32,000 nucleotides of DNA from an uncultured Alphaproteobacteria bacterium (GTDB lineage Bacteria > Pseudomonadota > Alphaproteobacteria > Rs-D84): contig OZ007020.1 in assembly GCA_963931495.1 (NCBI GenBank), forward strand, positions 60,001-92,000. The letters run 5' to 3'. Position 1 is the first letter of the stretch. The number at the start of each line of letters is the position of its first letter. Below the pieces are notes generated by a model. The model worked only from the letters and a program-made list of their open reading frames with translations. It was not told the origin of the DNA and did no database searches. Shown in pieces: positions 8,696 to 17,278 of this stretch. Made by a program: the position numbers and the translations under genes.

Positions 8696-10128
8696 AATCA
8701 GGTATGATTGCAATTATCATACGATTTTTAATGGGCGCAATTGCGTTGGGGATTGGCATATGGTACCTGTCTTCATCAATCAGTGGGGCAGCAATTACGT
8801 ATACCAGCATGGATGGTTTTCTGGGTGCAATTGGTGTGACAAACGGTGATATTGCAACCGCAAATGGGTGCTTTTTATGTAAATATATCGCCGAATTATT
8901 TGGTGTCATCGGGCGGGCGGCTGAATTATTCTGGACCGCAATGGTTGATAATATATGGATATTATTGGCCATCGGATTTGGAATATTTTTGTTTGTTTAT
9001 ACGGCCCAATATATATCGGATGCCGCAAAAAAAACACAAACACTGGATACAAATGAAAAAAAACTGGAACTGGCGGGATGGTTTGACAAAGTATGGCGCC
9101 AGGGCGCACGTGTGCTGATTGTCGGCGTGCTGATGGGCGCATTGGGCATGGGCGGAACCGCCGCATTAAAAACAGTGGCAAATATAACCATAACACCGGT
9201 GCTGTTTGTCGGCGCAGAATTATCAATGGCCGCCACCGGCGTGTCAGACGCAGCAACATGTGGCGCATTGACCACCACAGGTAAAAATGACGACATCTTG
9301 AACCCAATATTGCAGCCTTTTATGTGCGTAATGGGAAATATAAACAGTGTGATGCTGGCCGGGGCCGCAGGTGGATTTTCACTGATGAACTATGCATGGA
9401 TGGATATGGGTGGCGGTGCATTGACATGGGTTGCTGGATTGGCACTGGTGCTGATGTTTCTGGTAATTGGTTTTGACTTGGTTTTTCAAGTGCTGTCGGT
9501 TGTATTCAAATTGGTGTTTCTGATTATATTCTTGCCGTTGCTGTTGGCGGCGGCGGCGTTTGAACAAACGTGGTCGTTGGCCAGTGGCGTGGTAAAAAAT
9601 GCAATTAATATGCTGGTCAAAACAGCAATCCAAGTTGTGGGTATTACATTGAAGACATTAATAATATACGCAACTGTATCATTCGCCGCAGACACATATT
9701 TCCCCGGACCGCGTGATGGATACAGTGCGATATTACCCCCCATGATGGGCGCAGAAATTCAAAATCCAGACGCCCAAACAATGGCGGTCGTAAACGTATT
9801 TTCAACATGCGAACAGGTTGCCACCGCCAATGGCGAAATGGATAAAGATGTATTCAAAAATTGCTTTACCGCGCAACGCGCGGCGGTGGAACGCGAATAT
9901 CCCGGCGCATTTGATTTTATGGGTAACGCATGGGAATTCTTGTTAATTATGATTGGGTTGTTCTGTTTATATTTATATATCATAAAACCAAAAATTGATG
10001 GAATACTAAACGTTGGGGGCAAAGAAAGTTTTGACTTTGGAAACTGGGCAAAAGATTTAGGTAAAAAAATCTGGCATGCACCACAACAAATATTTGAAAC
10101 AATATCCAAGGCGGTCGGGAAAAAGTAA
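8692..10128 (+). CDS. Polytopic membrane protein, paralog 4 of 5 (tentatively TrbL/VirB6-like)
   Basis: 478 aa. CFLC motif. Loop Cys pair (TCGA...MCVM). The block LIIFLPLLLAAAAFEQTWSLASGVVKNAINMLVKTAI resembles the TrbL segment I recall (IPFGLFGKTAFMAERVLGNVISSGIKVLVL). Tail AKDLGKKIWHAPQQIFETISKAVGKK. Confidence 0.88.
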   Translation: MKSGMIAIIIRFLMGAIALGIGIWYLSSSISGAAITYTSMDGFLGAIGVTNGDIATANGCFLCKYIAELFGVIGRAAELFWTAMVDNIWILLAIGFGIFLFVYTAQYISDAAKKTQTLDTNEKKLELAGWFDKVWRQGARVLIVGVLMGALGMGGTAALKTVANITITPVLFVGAELSMAATGVSDAATCGALTTTGKNDDILNPILQPFMCVMGNINSVMLAGAAGGFSLMNYAWMDMGGGALTWVAGLALVLMFLVIGFDLVFQVLSVVFKLVFLIIFLPLLLAAAAFEQTWSLASGVVKNAINMLVKTAIQVVGITLKTLIIYATVSFAADTYFPGPRDGYSAILPPMMGAEIQNPDAQTMAVVNVFSTCEQVATANGEMDKDVFKNCFTAQRAAVEREYPGAFDFMGNAWEFLLIMIGLFCLYLYIIKPKIDGILNVGGKESFDFGNWAKDLGKKIWHAPQQIFETISKAVGKK

Positions 10129-10134
10129 TCTGTG

Positions 10135-11418
10135 ATGAAAAAACTGAAACGCATCTTTATAAAACTTCTGGTACTTATCGTCATGGTGGTGATGATGGGC
10201 CCGGCGGGTGCGGCCACCGCAAATGTCCCGATGTCGGAAATTGGCGATTATGGAACATGGGCCACAGACAGTAACATGGGGCTGTTCACAACAAATCTGA
10301 AAGACGATATAACGGCGTTTGAACAATCATCCACAGAAAAAACACTGGTGCCCGATTATGTACCCATAGAGGCGAAAATTGGACTGGCATTAATGAACGG
10401 ATTATCGCTGGTGGGGGAAGTTTTAGACAATTCGCTGGTACGATTTGTAATAATATTTTTAATTGTTGCGTACATATTCTGGGTGATGTTTGAAGCATAC
10501 AACATGATGACCAAGGGTTCCAGTGCAATGGAATTGGGCGTTAACCTGGTCAAAAAAGGTGCTGTTCTGGCAATATGGATTATCATCTTGGCATTTGGCC
10601 CAGCCCAGGTTTTTATGTGGGTAATGGGGCCGATTATCGGTGTTGCAACATATTTATCTGACCTGATATTAAACGCGGTTACAAATGTTATCGGCGTTCA
10701 ATTACCCGATACGTGTGCGGCGATACATCAATATGCTGCGACACATACGTCGCCCAACATGATTATTAATTCCGACGCCGCCGCAGATATGATGTGCCTG
10801 CCGACACGGCTGTCTGGATTTTTCGTAACAGCGGTTGCCACCGGATGGCAATGGGTTGTTAATGGCATTGGGACCAGTGCTTTTACTGTATTGGTTGGAA
10901 TTGCATTTATTGTAATATTTATCTATAACGCATTTAAGTTTGCGTTTATGGGACTGGGGGTTATTGTTGATTTATTCTTGGCTGTGCTGCTGTTACCATT
11001 CACGGCAATCAGTGAAACGATTGGCAAAACATCATACAAGGGTATCGCCGGTGATATATTTAACGGATTCCTGGGATTATTCAAAACAGAAACACTGAAC
11101 CGACAGATTGAACGTTTTATTAATGCGGCTGTTTATTTTGTATCATTGTCTGTTGTAATTGCCATATGTGCGGCCCTGTTATCTGGGACAGTCAGTTTGA
11201 ATAACGCAACAGACATACCAACATTAGAAAACAATGGATTTATTGTAACATTATTAACGGGATGCCTGGTTGCATACTTGGCATCGCGCGCCGACAGTAT
11301 TGCCAAAGATAACTTTGGCGGCAAAATTGACGCCAGTTTTGGTACAAATTTATCCAAAGACGCAAAAAAACTGTGGGACGACACAAAAAAATTCTTTAAC
11401 AAACTGGGTAAAAAATAA
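10135..11418 (+). CDS. Polytopic membrane protein, paralog 5 of 5 (tentatively TrbL/VirB6-like)
   Basis: ORF track starts at GTG 10132; I prefer the ATG at 10135. 427 aa. Signal peptide MKKLKRIFIKLLVLIVMVVMMGPAGA/AT. Loop Cys pair (TCAA...MCLP). Block DLFLAVLLLPFTAISETIGKTSYKG. Tail SKDAKKLWDDTKKFFNKLGKK. Confidence 0.87.
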   Translation: MKKLKRIFIKLLVLIVMVVMMGPAGAATANVPMSEIGDYGTWATDSNMGLFTTNLKDDITAFEQSSTEKTLVPDYVPIEAKIGLALMNGLSLVGEVLDNSLVRFVIIFLIVAYIFWVMFEAYNMMTKGSSAMELGVNLVKKGAVLAIWIIILAFGPAQVFMWVMGPIIGVATYLSDLILNAVTNVIGVQLPDTCAAIHQYAATHTSPNMIINSDAAADMMCLPTRLSGFFVTAVATGWQWVVNGIGTSAFTVLVGIAFIVIFIYNAFKFAFMGLGVIVDLFLAVLLLPFTAISETIGKTSYKGIAGDIFNGFLGLFKTETLNRQIERFINAAVYFVSLSVVIAICAALLSGTVSLNNATDIPTLENNGFIVTLLTGCLVAYLASRADSIAKDNFGGKIDASFGTNLSKDAKKLWDDTKKFFNKLGKK

Positions 11419-11428
11419 TCCGTCACAA

Positions 11429-13531
11429 TTAATCAATAAATTTGACAAATTGACGCGCAACCTTTTTAATACCGCGGGCCCGAAATGCCACGGTTAAAAT
11501 GTCGTCATTTTCTTCTATGACCACGCCGCGTCCCATTTCGTCATGTTCAACCAACCGCCCAACCGAACCACTGTGCGCCGGGCGTGGGTTTGGTGCCTTG
11601 CGATGTGGGGTATACGATTTTGCGACATACCCAGAATTATAACTGTGCCGGGGCGCGCCACCCTGGAAATCCAAAAATCGGTTATCCATTTCTGTAATAA
11701 AGCGACTGGGCGAATTATACTGACGATTGCCGAACACCATACGCGACATTGCATTTATTATTATGGCGCGACGGCGTGCACGTGTAATCGCGACATATGC
11801 CAAACGACGTTCTTCTTCCAGTCCACCTGATTGAACAGCCATGTCGTTGGGAAAAATGCCTTCTTCCCATGCGGGTAAAAATACAGTATCAAATTCCAGC
11901 CCCTTGGCGGCATGAATTGTCATTATACTGACCGCATCAGCCGTCGCACCAGAATCATCAGAATCATTATCATCGGTCATCATTAATGCCGCGTGTTCCA
12001 AAAAATCTGGCAACGTATCATACTTTGCAATCACATTTGTTATTAATTCACGAATATTATCCAACCGGTCCGATGCATCAGGTTCCTTGGATTCACGCCA
12101 CATTTTCATATACCCCGAATCATCCAGTAACTTTTGCGCCGCGTCCATTGGCGACATTGATTCCCAATCAAAACCGAACACCGATAAGAATTCATCAGCA
12201 CTGGCGCGCTGTTTCCCAGACAGTTGTGCCACCCGCAATCCATCCATTAAATTTTTGCCGGCCGCGCGCAACTTTGCGATTGCCGACGGACCAAATCCAC
12301 GACGTGGACGCCCAATAATACGCATAAATGATATATCATCAAACGGATATACCAGTAAACGCAGATATGCAATTGCGTCACGAATTTCCGCCCTGTCATA
12401 GAACTTGGTTGCCCCAATTAACTTATACGGTACACCACGGGACGTAAATTCTTCTTCAAACAATCGCGACAGTGACCCAGCGCGAATTAAAATCGCATAA
12501 TTCGCAAATGATTCTGTTTCACATTTGCGTCCAACAACATCTGCGACCAGGCGCGCTTCATCAAAATCCGATGGCACAGTCAAAACATATACCGGTTCGC
12601 CCGCATCCACCCCAGGGGCCGTACGTAAATCTTTGCCCAAGCGATCCTGGTTATGACGAATTAACGAATTTGCCGCCCCCAGTATATTTGGCGTACTGCG
12701 ATAATTTGTTTCAAGCCGAATGATTTTTGCCGATGGAAACGTTTTTTCAAAATTCAAAATATTTTTAATTTCTGCGCCACGCCATGAATATATAGACTGG
12801 TCATCATCACCAACACAACAAATATTCGGATTTTCAATCCCACGGGTCAGCATTTCCAAAAATTGCATCTGGGCGGCATTTGTGTCTTGGAATTCATCAA
12901 CCAATATATACTTGAACTGATTTTGATAGCGCGCCAAAATATCTGGCATTGAATCAAACAAGCGCAACACGTGCAATATTATATCACCAAAATCAACCGC
13001 CCCCAAGCGATTCAATTCTGCATTATATGCATCCAAGATTTTTAACGCCGTGGGCGATGTATGCGTTGTTGGATGTAATCCTTTGTCCTTGATTGCCGAT
13101 ATTCGTTCAATCCAATCAGATGGATTAAAATCCTTGATATCCAAACCCATATCGGCCAAAACATTTTTTAATACTGTTTTTTGTTCGTCTTCACCATATA
13201 TCAAAAAATCACGACGCAGGCCCGCCACAGACGCATTTGCGCGCAATATACGCAGGCATACTGAATGAAATGTTCCACACCATACATCGCCCGCATACCA
13301 CGTGGTATCATCGGCAAATCCAAATAAACGATTTTTCATTTCATTGGCGGCCTTGTTTGTAAACGTCAGGGCCAAAACCTGCCACGGGGCGGCCAGATGG
13401 TTATTTAATATATACGCAATGCGCGTCGTCAGAACGCGCGTTTTGCCCGTACCCGCCCCAGACAGCACCAATAACGGTCCATCCGTGCTTTCAACCGCCA
13501 ATCGTTGTTCTGGGTTAAGATTTTCTAGCAT
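11429..13531 (-). CDS. uvrD: ATP-dependent DNA helicase UvrD/PcrA family (SF1)
   Basis: LNPEQRLAVES, GAGTGKTRVL (Walker A), VDEFQDTN, YRS..NIL and AITRAR-type motifs. The ORF track starts at GTG 13558. I prefer the ATG at 13531 (MLENLNPEQ); the ATG at 13543 is also possible. Confidence 0.92.
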   Translation of the reverse strand: MLENLNPEQRLAVESTDGPLLVLSGAGTGKTRVLTTRIAYILNNHLAAPWQVLALTFTNKAANEMKNRLFGFADDTTWYAGDVWCGTFHSVCLRILRANASVAGLRRDFLIYGEDEQKTVLKNVLADMGLDIKDFNPSDWIERISAIKDKGLHPTTHTSPTALKILDAYNAELNRLGAVDFGDIILHVLRLFDSMPDILARYQNQFKYILVDEFQDTNAAQMQFLEMLTRGIENPNICCVGDDDQSIYSWRGAEIKNILNFEKTFPSAKIIRLETNYRSTPNILGAANSLIRHNQDRLGKDLRTAPGVDAGEPVYVLTVPSDFDEARLVADVVGRKCETESFANYAILIRAGSLSRLFEEEFTSRGVPYKLIGATKFYDRAEIRDAIAYLRLLVYPFDDISFMRIIGRPRRGFGPSAIAKLRAAGKNLMDGLRVAQLSGKQRASADEFLSVFGFDWESMSPMDAAQKLLDDSGYMKMWRESKEPDASDRLDNIRELITNVIAKYDTLPDFLEHAALMMTDDNDSDDSGATADAVSIMTIHAAKGLEFDTVFLPAWEEGIFPNDMAVQSGGLEEERRLAYVAITRARRRAIIINAMSRMVFGNRQYNSPSRFITEMDNRFLDFQGGAPRHSYNSGYVAKSYTPHRKAPNPRPAHSGSVGRLVEHDEMGRGVVIEENDDILTVAFRARGIKKVARQFVKFID

Positions 13532-13606
13532 TAAATTCACCATCACATTATAATACACAACGTTCAGTTATCAAAAAGTTATTTTTTATTATTATGGAAG
13601 GGAAAA

Positions 13607-14284
13607 ATGGGACGCGTTATTTGTTTTGACATTGAAACCACAGGCTTGGAATACACGCGCGGGGACCGCTGTATTGAAATTGGCGCAGTTGAAATGATTG
13701 ATGGTCAAATCACAGATAATACGTTTCATGAATACATAAACCCAGATGGGAAAATTATTCCGCCCGATTCGTACATGGTGCACAAAATATCAAATGCATT
13801 CTTGGAAGATAAACCCAAAATGGCAACAGTTGCACCAAAGTTCTTGGATTTCATCGGCACCAGTCCGATTGTTGCGCATAATGGCGCTGATTTTGACTTT
13901 CCGTTTATCAATCACGAATTACAGATGATTGGACTGCCCCAAATTCCGCGCAGTCAACAAATGGATTCAATCATTATCGCACGCAATCGTGTATTTGGCC
14001 CCAAGAGTTATTCATTAGACGCATTGGCCAAGTGGTATGGAATATCCCTGACCGCGCGTGCCGATGCACACGGCGCGTTAATTGACGCAGAAATTCTGGC
14101 CAAGGTGTATAAAGAACTGGAAAACACCGCACCGGCCCCAGATGTGCACGAAATAATTGAAAAACAGCATGCCGATTTTTTGAAACATCCAAAAATCGGC
14201 ACAAACTTTCCACATCGGCAATTTCCGGCCCACCCCGATGAAATCGCACACCACAATGAATTCATAGAAAAAATTACGGCGTAA
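13607..14284 (+). CDS. dnaQ: DNA polymerase III epsilon subunit (3'-5' proofreading exonuclease)
   Basis: 225 aa. Exo motifs RVICFDIETTGL, VAHNGADFDFPFINHEL and HGALIDAEILAKVY. SD GGAAGGG upstream of the ATG. Confidence 0.92.
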   Translation: MGRVICFDIETTGLEYTRGDRCIEIGAVEMIDGQITDNTFHEYINPDGKIIPPDSYMVHKISNAFLEDKPKMATVAPKFLDFIGTSPIVAHNGADFDFPFINHELQMIGLPQIPRSQQMDSIIIARNRVFGPKSYSLDALAKWYGISLTARADAHGALIDAEILAKVYKELENTAPAPDVHEIIEKQHADFLKHPKIGTNFPHRQFPAHPDEIAHHNEFIEKITA

Positions 14285-14293
14285 AATACGCCG
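14275..14293. terminator. Bidirectional hairpin between convergent dnaQ and the 716-aa gene
   Basis: ACGGCGTA-aaa-TACGCCGT, an 8-bp perfect stem, with the dnaQ TAA stop inside the stem/loop. The next gene's stop follows 2 nt later. Confidence 0.5.
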
Positions 14294-14294
14294 T

Positions 14295-16445
14295 TTATTT
14301 ACATGTCTTGGATCCAACATCAAATGTTTTATCGTCCGGACACAACAATGACTGGTAAAACATTTGTGATATATTGGTTATACATGCATCAGCAGTGCTG
14401 CATGAGTTCGTTTTGTCATTTGCAAATACAGCGTATGCGCACGTCAATGCCACGTTATAGCATGCGCCACGCATAACGTTATATATACTGCCAATATCTG
14501 CATTTGAAGACCATGCATTAACCTGGGTCACCTGTTGGTTATAGCAATTTGCAACATCAACCATGCATTCAGATGCGTAATCTGATATTATCTGTTGCTG
14601 GGCCGCGCGTATATTTACCAAGGCACGCTGGATATAGTTCACAACAACATCATTGTATTGGTTGTATTTATTACCATCATCACTGTCGGTATATGTGTAC
14701 ATCTGGCATTTATCCAGTACCGGCCGACACAGACCGCCATCTGTGACCTCTTCCCCCATACCGATTTTCTGCATTAAATATTTTACGACGCTGGACCCGT
14801 TTGTGTCAGCTGCGTCATCAGCGGATCCTGTGACCGCGTTTTTTATAAAGTCGGCATTTATGGCGGAATTATCATATGTACTCATATTCGTCAATATTGT
14901 ACTGATATCTTGCCCCAATACCACTTCGCCGTTTTCATCAATGTATTTTTTGCTGGGGTCCAGGCATTTTTCATAATCAGAACCACACACCATGTCATCC
15001 GTCATACATGTTTCCAGCGCACCAATGCATCCGCGTATATCATACTGATTTTTGTTCTGGACAACCGCCAATCGCGCCTTTTGTAACATCAGATTTGCAC
15101 TGCGCACATTGGATTTTAATGTTTCGTTCATCTTTTCCAATCCCTGTTCATACGCAATACAATCCTTGTCAATTGCCAAATCGTAATTACCACTGATTTG
15201 ATCAATGTTTGCGCCGGCTTCCTTGCACTGGTTCAACACTGTCTTGCAACGACTTTTGGCCGCATTATACAGCGCCGTACCCCGCAGGTTAGATAAACTG
15301 GTCGTGCCCATATTCAAAAAGTCCAGACTGAACAAATCACTCATATCCGATGAAAAATCTATGTTCATGTCCAGTCCCGTATAACCACTGCTGGCGGTAT
15401 ATGATGTGCCACCGGTGGGGTCCATAATTAATTCTTCTATTTCTTCCAGCATATTGCGGTTTGCCGTGTTATCACGCGCGCCGGCCAGTGCCTCTTCTGC
15501 TTCTGTTGCATTCATGATTGCGCGTATTTCATCCGCCGACAGGCCAACATAGCGAATTTGTTGTGCAACCTCATTCAACTGGGTATTGGCATCGGTTACG
15601 GCTTCTTCTACTTCGGCATAATTAGATAAGTTTGCAGAACAAGAACAACGTCCCTGGTTAGAATCAATAACCGCACAGAATTGATCCATACAATCATTAT
15701 ACTGTTGTTGGCATGATGCGTTTAATTCCGCCGTCTGTTCCAATGTTGCCTTGGCCGCCGCGATTGATTCCGCCGTCGTTTCTGTTCCCGCGTTTGTCGT
15801 CGCGCGCGATTGGACGGCGCGTGCCTCGGTCGCGATATTAGAACCAGTCTGGATATCTGTGCCCGCGATTGTGGCACGACCGCCAACCTCGGCCGTGGTT
15901 GGTCGTAATGTTACACCCGCACGACGCACCACAGGATTACTGTTTATACTGGCCGATTCAACACGTGCGTTGCGCCCAACTGTGTTAACCGTCGCTTCTA
16001 AATTTTCACGCGCAGAATTTGTTTTTGTCGCACTGACCGAACGCGACACCGGTGCCGTCCGCGTATTGCCAGACCCACGTGATGTCGTTCCCGGCGCATC
16101 ATCGCCCATATTCAAAACGCGCGAACCAACACGCACAACCGATGTATCAGAAACCGATGTACCAGATGACGCGTCGCGATTTACAACACTGCGCACCGTA
16201 CCAGATTCAGTTTTTGTATCCCCAGATTCACGTGGTGATGCATCAGATACCACGTTCGCCGTTCGCACAACCGACGGCATAACCGCGGCACGTGATACAT
16301 TTGTCGCCCCCGCCGTGCGGCCAGATTGCGCCCCCGTATTACCGGCACCAGATGTCGGCAACACGCGTGATATTGTTGTATCCGCCAACGCAAATGGCGC
16401 AGTCATAACAACCGTCATAAAAAAACAAAAGGACGTTTTTTTCAT
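14295..16445 (-). CDS. Secreted protein, 716 aa: disordered Arg/Ser/Thr/Gly-rich N-terminal half plus Cys-rich (Cx6C) C-terminal half; no family recognised
   Basis: Signal peptide MKKTSFCFFMTVVMTAPFALA/DT. About 230 aa of low complexity with almost no Lys. This is followed by ~460 aa with many Cys, including CQQQYNDC, CKTVLNQC, CIGALETC, CRPVLDKC, CMVDVANC and CYNVALTC. Confidence 0.88.
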   Translation of the reverse strand: MKKTSFCFFMTVVMTAPFALADTTISRVLPTSGAGNTGAQSGRTAGATNVSRAAVMPSVVRTANVVSDASPRESGDTKTESGTVRSVVNRDASSGTSVSDTSVVRVGSRVLNMGDDAPGTTSRGSGNTRTAPVSRSVSATKTNSARENLEATVNTVGRNARVESASINSNPVVRRAGVTLRPTTAEVGGRATIAGTDIQTGSNIATEARAVQSRATTNAGTETTAESIAAAKATLEQTAELNASCQQQYNDCMDQFCAVIDSNQGRCSCSANLSNYAEVEEAVTDANTQLNEVAQQIRYVGLSADEIRAIMNATEAEEALAGARDNTANRNMLEEIEELIMDPTGGTSYTASSGYTGLDMNIDFSSDMSDLFSLDFLNMGTTSLSNLRGTALYNAAKSRCKTVLNQCKEAGANIDQISGNYDLAIDKDCIAYEQGLEKMNETLKSNVRSANLMLQKARLAVVQNKNQYDIRGCIGALETCMTDDMVCGSDYEKCLDPSKKYIDENGEVVLGQDISTILTNMSTYDNSAINADFIKNAVTGSADDAADTNGSSVVKYLMQKIGMGEEVTDGGLCRPVLDKCQMYTYTDSDDGNKYNQYNDVVVNYIQRALVNIRAAQQQIISDYASECMVDVANCYNQQVTQVNAWSSNADIGSIYNVMRGACYNVALTCAYAVFANDKTNSCSTADACITNISQMFYQSLLCPDDKTFDVGSKTCK

Positions 16446-16497
16446 ATTTTTATTAGTATATTATATCACAACAATACAAAACAGAAAAGATGAAATA

Positions 16498-16524
16498 TGT
16501 AAAAAAACGGGGCAATGCCCCGTT
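16498..16524 (-). terminator. Rho-independent terminator of rplU-rpmA
   Basis: Minus strand: ACGGGGCA/TGCCCCGT stem followed by TTTTTTT, 3 nt after the rpmA stop. Confidence 0.7.
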
Positions 16525-16526
16525 TA

Positions 16527-16793
16527 TTATTTTGCGTCACTTTCTGGGATAACAGAAACTGTTTTCCGATCACCCAAACCACGCTTGAACGTTACAATGC
16601 CTGCGATTTTTGCAAACAGTGTATGATCCTTGCCCATACCAACATTCAGACCCGGATGAACCGATGTTCCACGCTGACGAATAATGATGTTACCCGGGAT
16701 AACACGACTGCCCCCAGATTTTTTAACACCCAAACGACGCCCCTCGGAATCGCGTCCGTTGGCGGTTGATGTACCTGCTTTCTTATGTGCCAT
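16527..16793 (-). CDS. rpmA: 50S ribosomal protein L27
   Basis: 88 aa: [24 protein letters not shown]... Confidence 0.95.
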   Translation of the reverse strand: MAHKKAGTSTANGRDSEGRRLGVKKSGGSRVIPGNIIIRQRGTSVHPGLNVGMGKDHTLFAKIAGIVTFKRGLGDRKTVSVIPESDAK

Positions 16794-16820
16794 AATTAAA
16801 CTCCTTTATCCAGGGATAAA

Positions 16821-17120
16821 TTAACCCTTGATTTCCGTAATTTTCAAAACCGTAATATGTTGGCGATGACCACGTGTGCGGCGATAATTTTGACGACGTT
16901 TTTTCTTAAAGACCAAAACCTTGTCCCCACGTTTTTGTTCAACGACATCCGCAATAACGCGCGCACCATCAACGAATGGTGTGCCAATTTTATCGCCCAG
17001 CATTAAAACCTGGTCAAATTCAACAGTACCGTCGGCGTTCAGTTTTTCAACCTTGATAACATCGCCCGCTTTTACACGATATTGTTTTCCGCCAGTTTGA
17101 AAGATTGCATAATCACTCAT
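16821..17120 (-). CDS. rplU: 50S ribosomal protein L21
   Basis: ORF track gives 16821..17195. I trimmed it to the ATG at 17120 ([20 protein letters not shown]...), the canonical L21 N-terminus. 99 aa. Confidence 0.93.
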   Translation of the reverse strand: MSDYAIFQTGGKQYRVKAGDVIKVEKLNADGTVEFDQVLMLGDKIGTPFVDGARVIADVVEQKRGDKVLVFKKKRRQNYRRTRGHRQHITVLKITEIKG

Positions 17121-17174
17121 TTGTCTTTCTCTTTTGTATTGTTCTTGTTCCGTTTTGTATAAAAGTTTATGCAA

Positions 17175-17202
17175 AAGATAACATTTTTGTATCAAAAGTC
17201 AA
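17175..17202 (-). promoter_or_regulatory. Candidate rplU-rpmA promoter
   Basis: Minus strand reads TTGACT-N16-TATCTT. The -35 lies inside a 13-nt motif (CTTGACTTTTGAT) that recurs upstream of the rrn operon. Confidence 0.45.
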
Positions 17203-17221
17203 GTGTTTTGCATAAAAAATT

Positions 17222-17254
17222 CAACAAAAACCCGCCGTGGGAGAACATGGCGGG
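17222..17254 (-). terminator. Rho-independent terminator after the 294-aa gene
   Basis: Minus strand: CCCGCC-12 nt loop-GGCGGG followed by TTTTTGTTGAATTTTTT. Confidence 0.55.
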
Positions 17255-17278
17255 AACTGGTTACGCAAAATTACAGTA

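Noticed and set aside
11419-11428. 10-bp gap between convergent paralog P5 and uvrD with no terminator hairpin
   Set aside because: It is real, but probably just compact genome organisation. Nothing can be inferred without transcript data.
15751-16626. 291-aa plus-strand ORF
   Set aside because: It is antisense to the GC-rich, low-complexity N-terminal half of the 716-aa gene and runs through the rpmA terminator into rpmA. It is an artefact of local composition.
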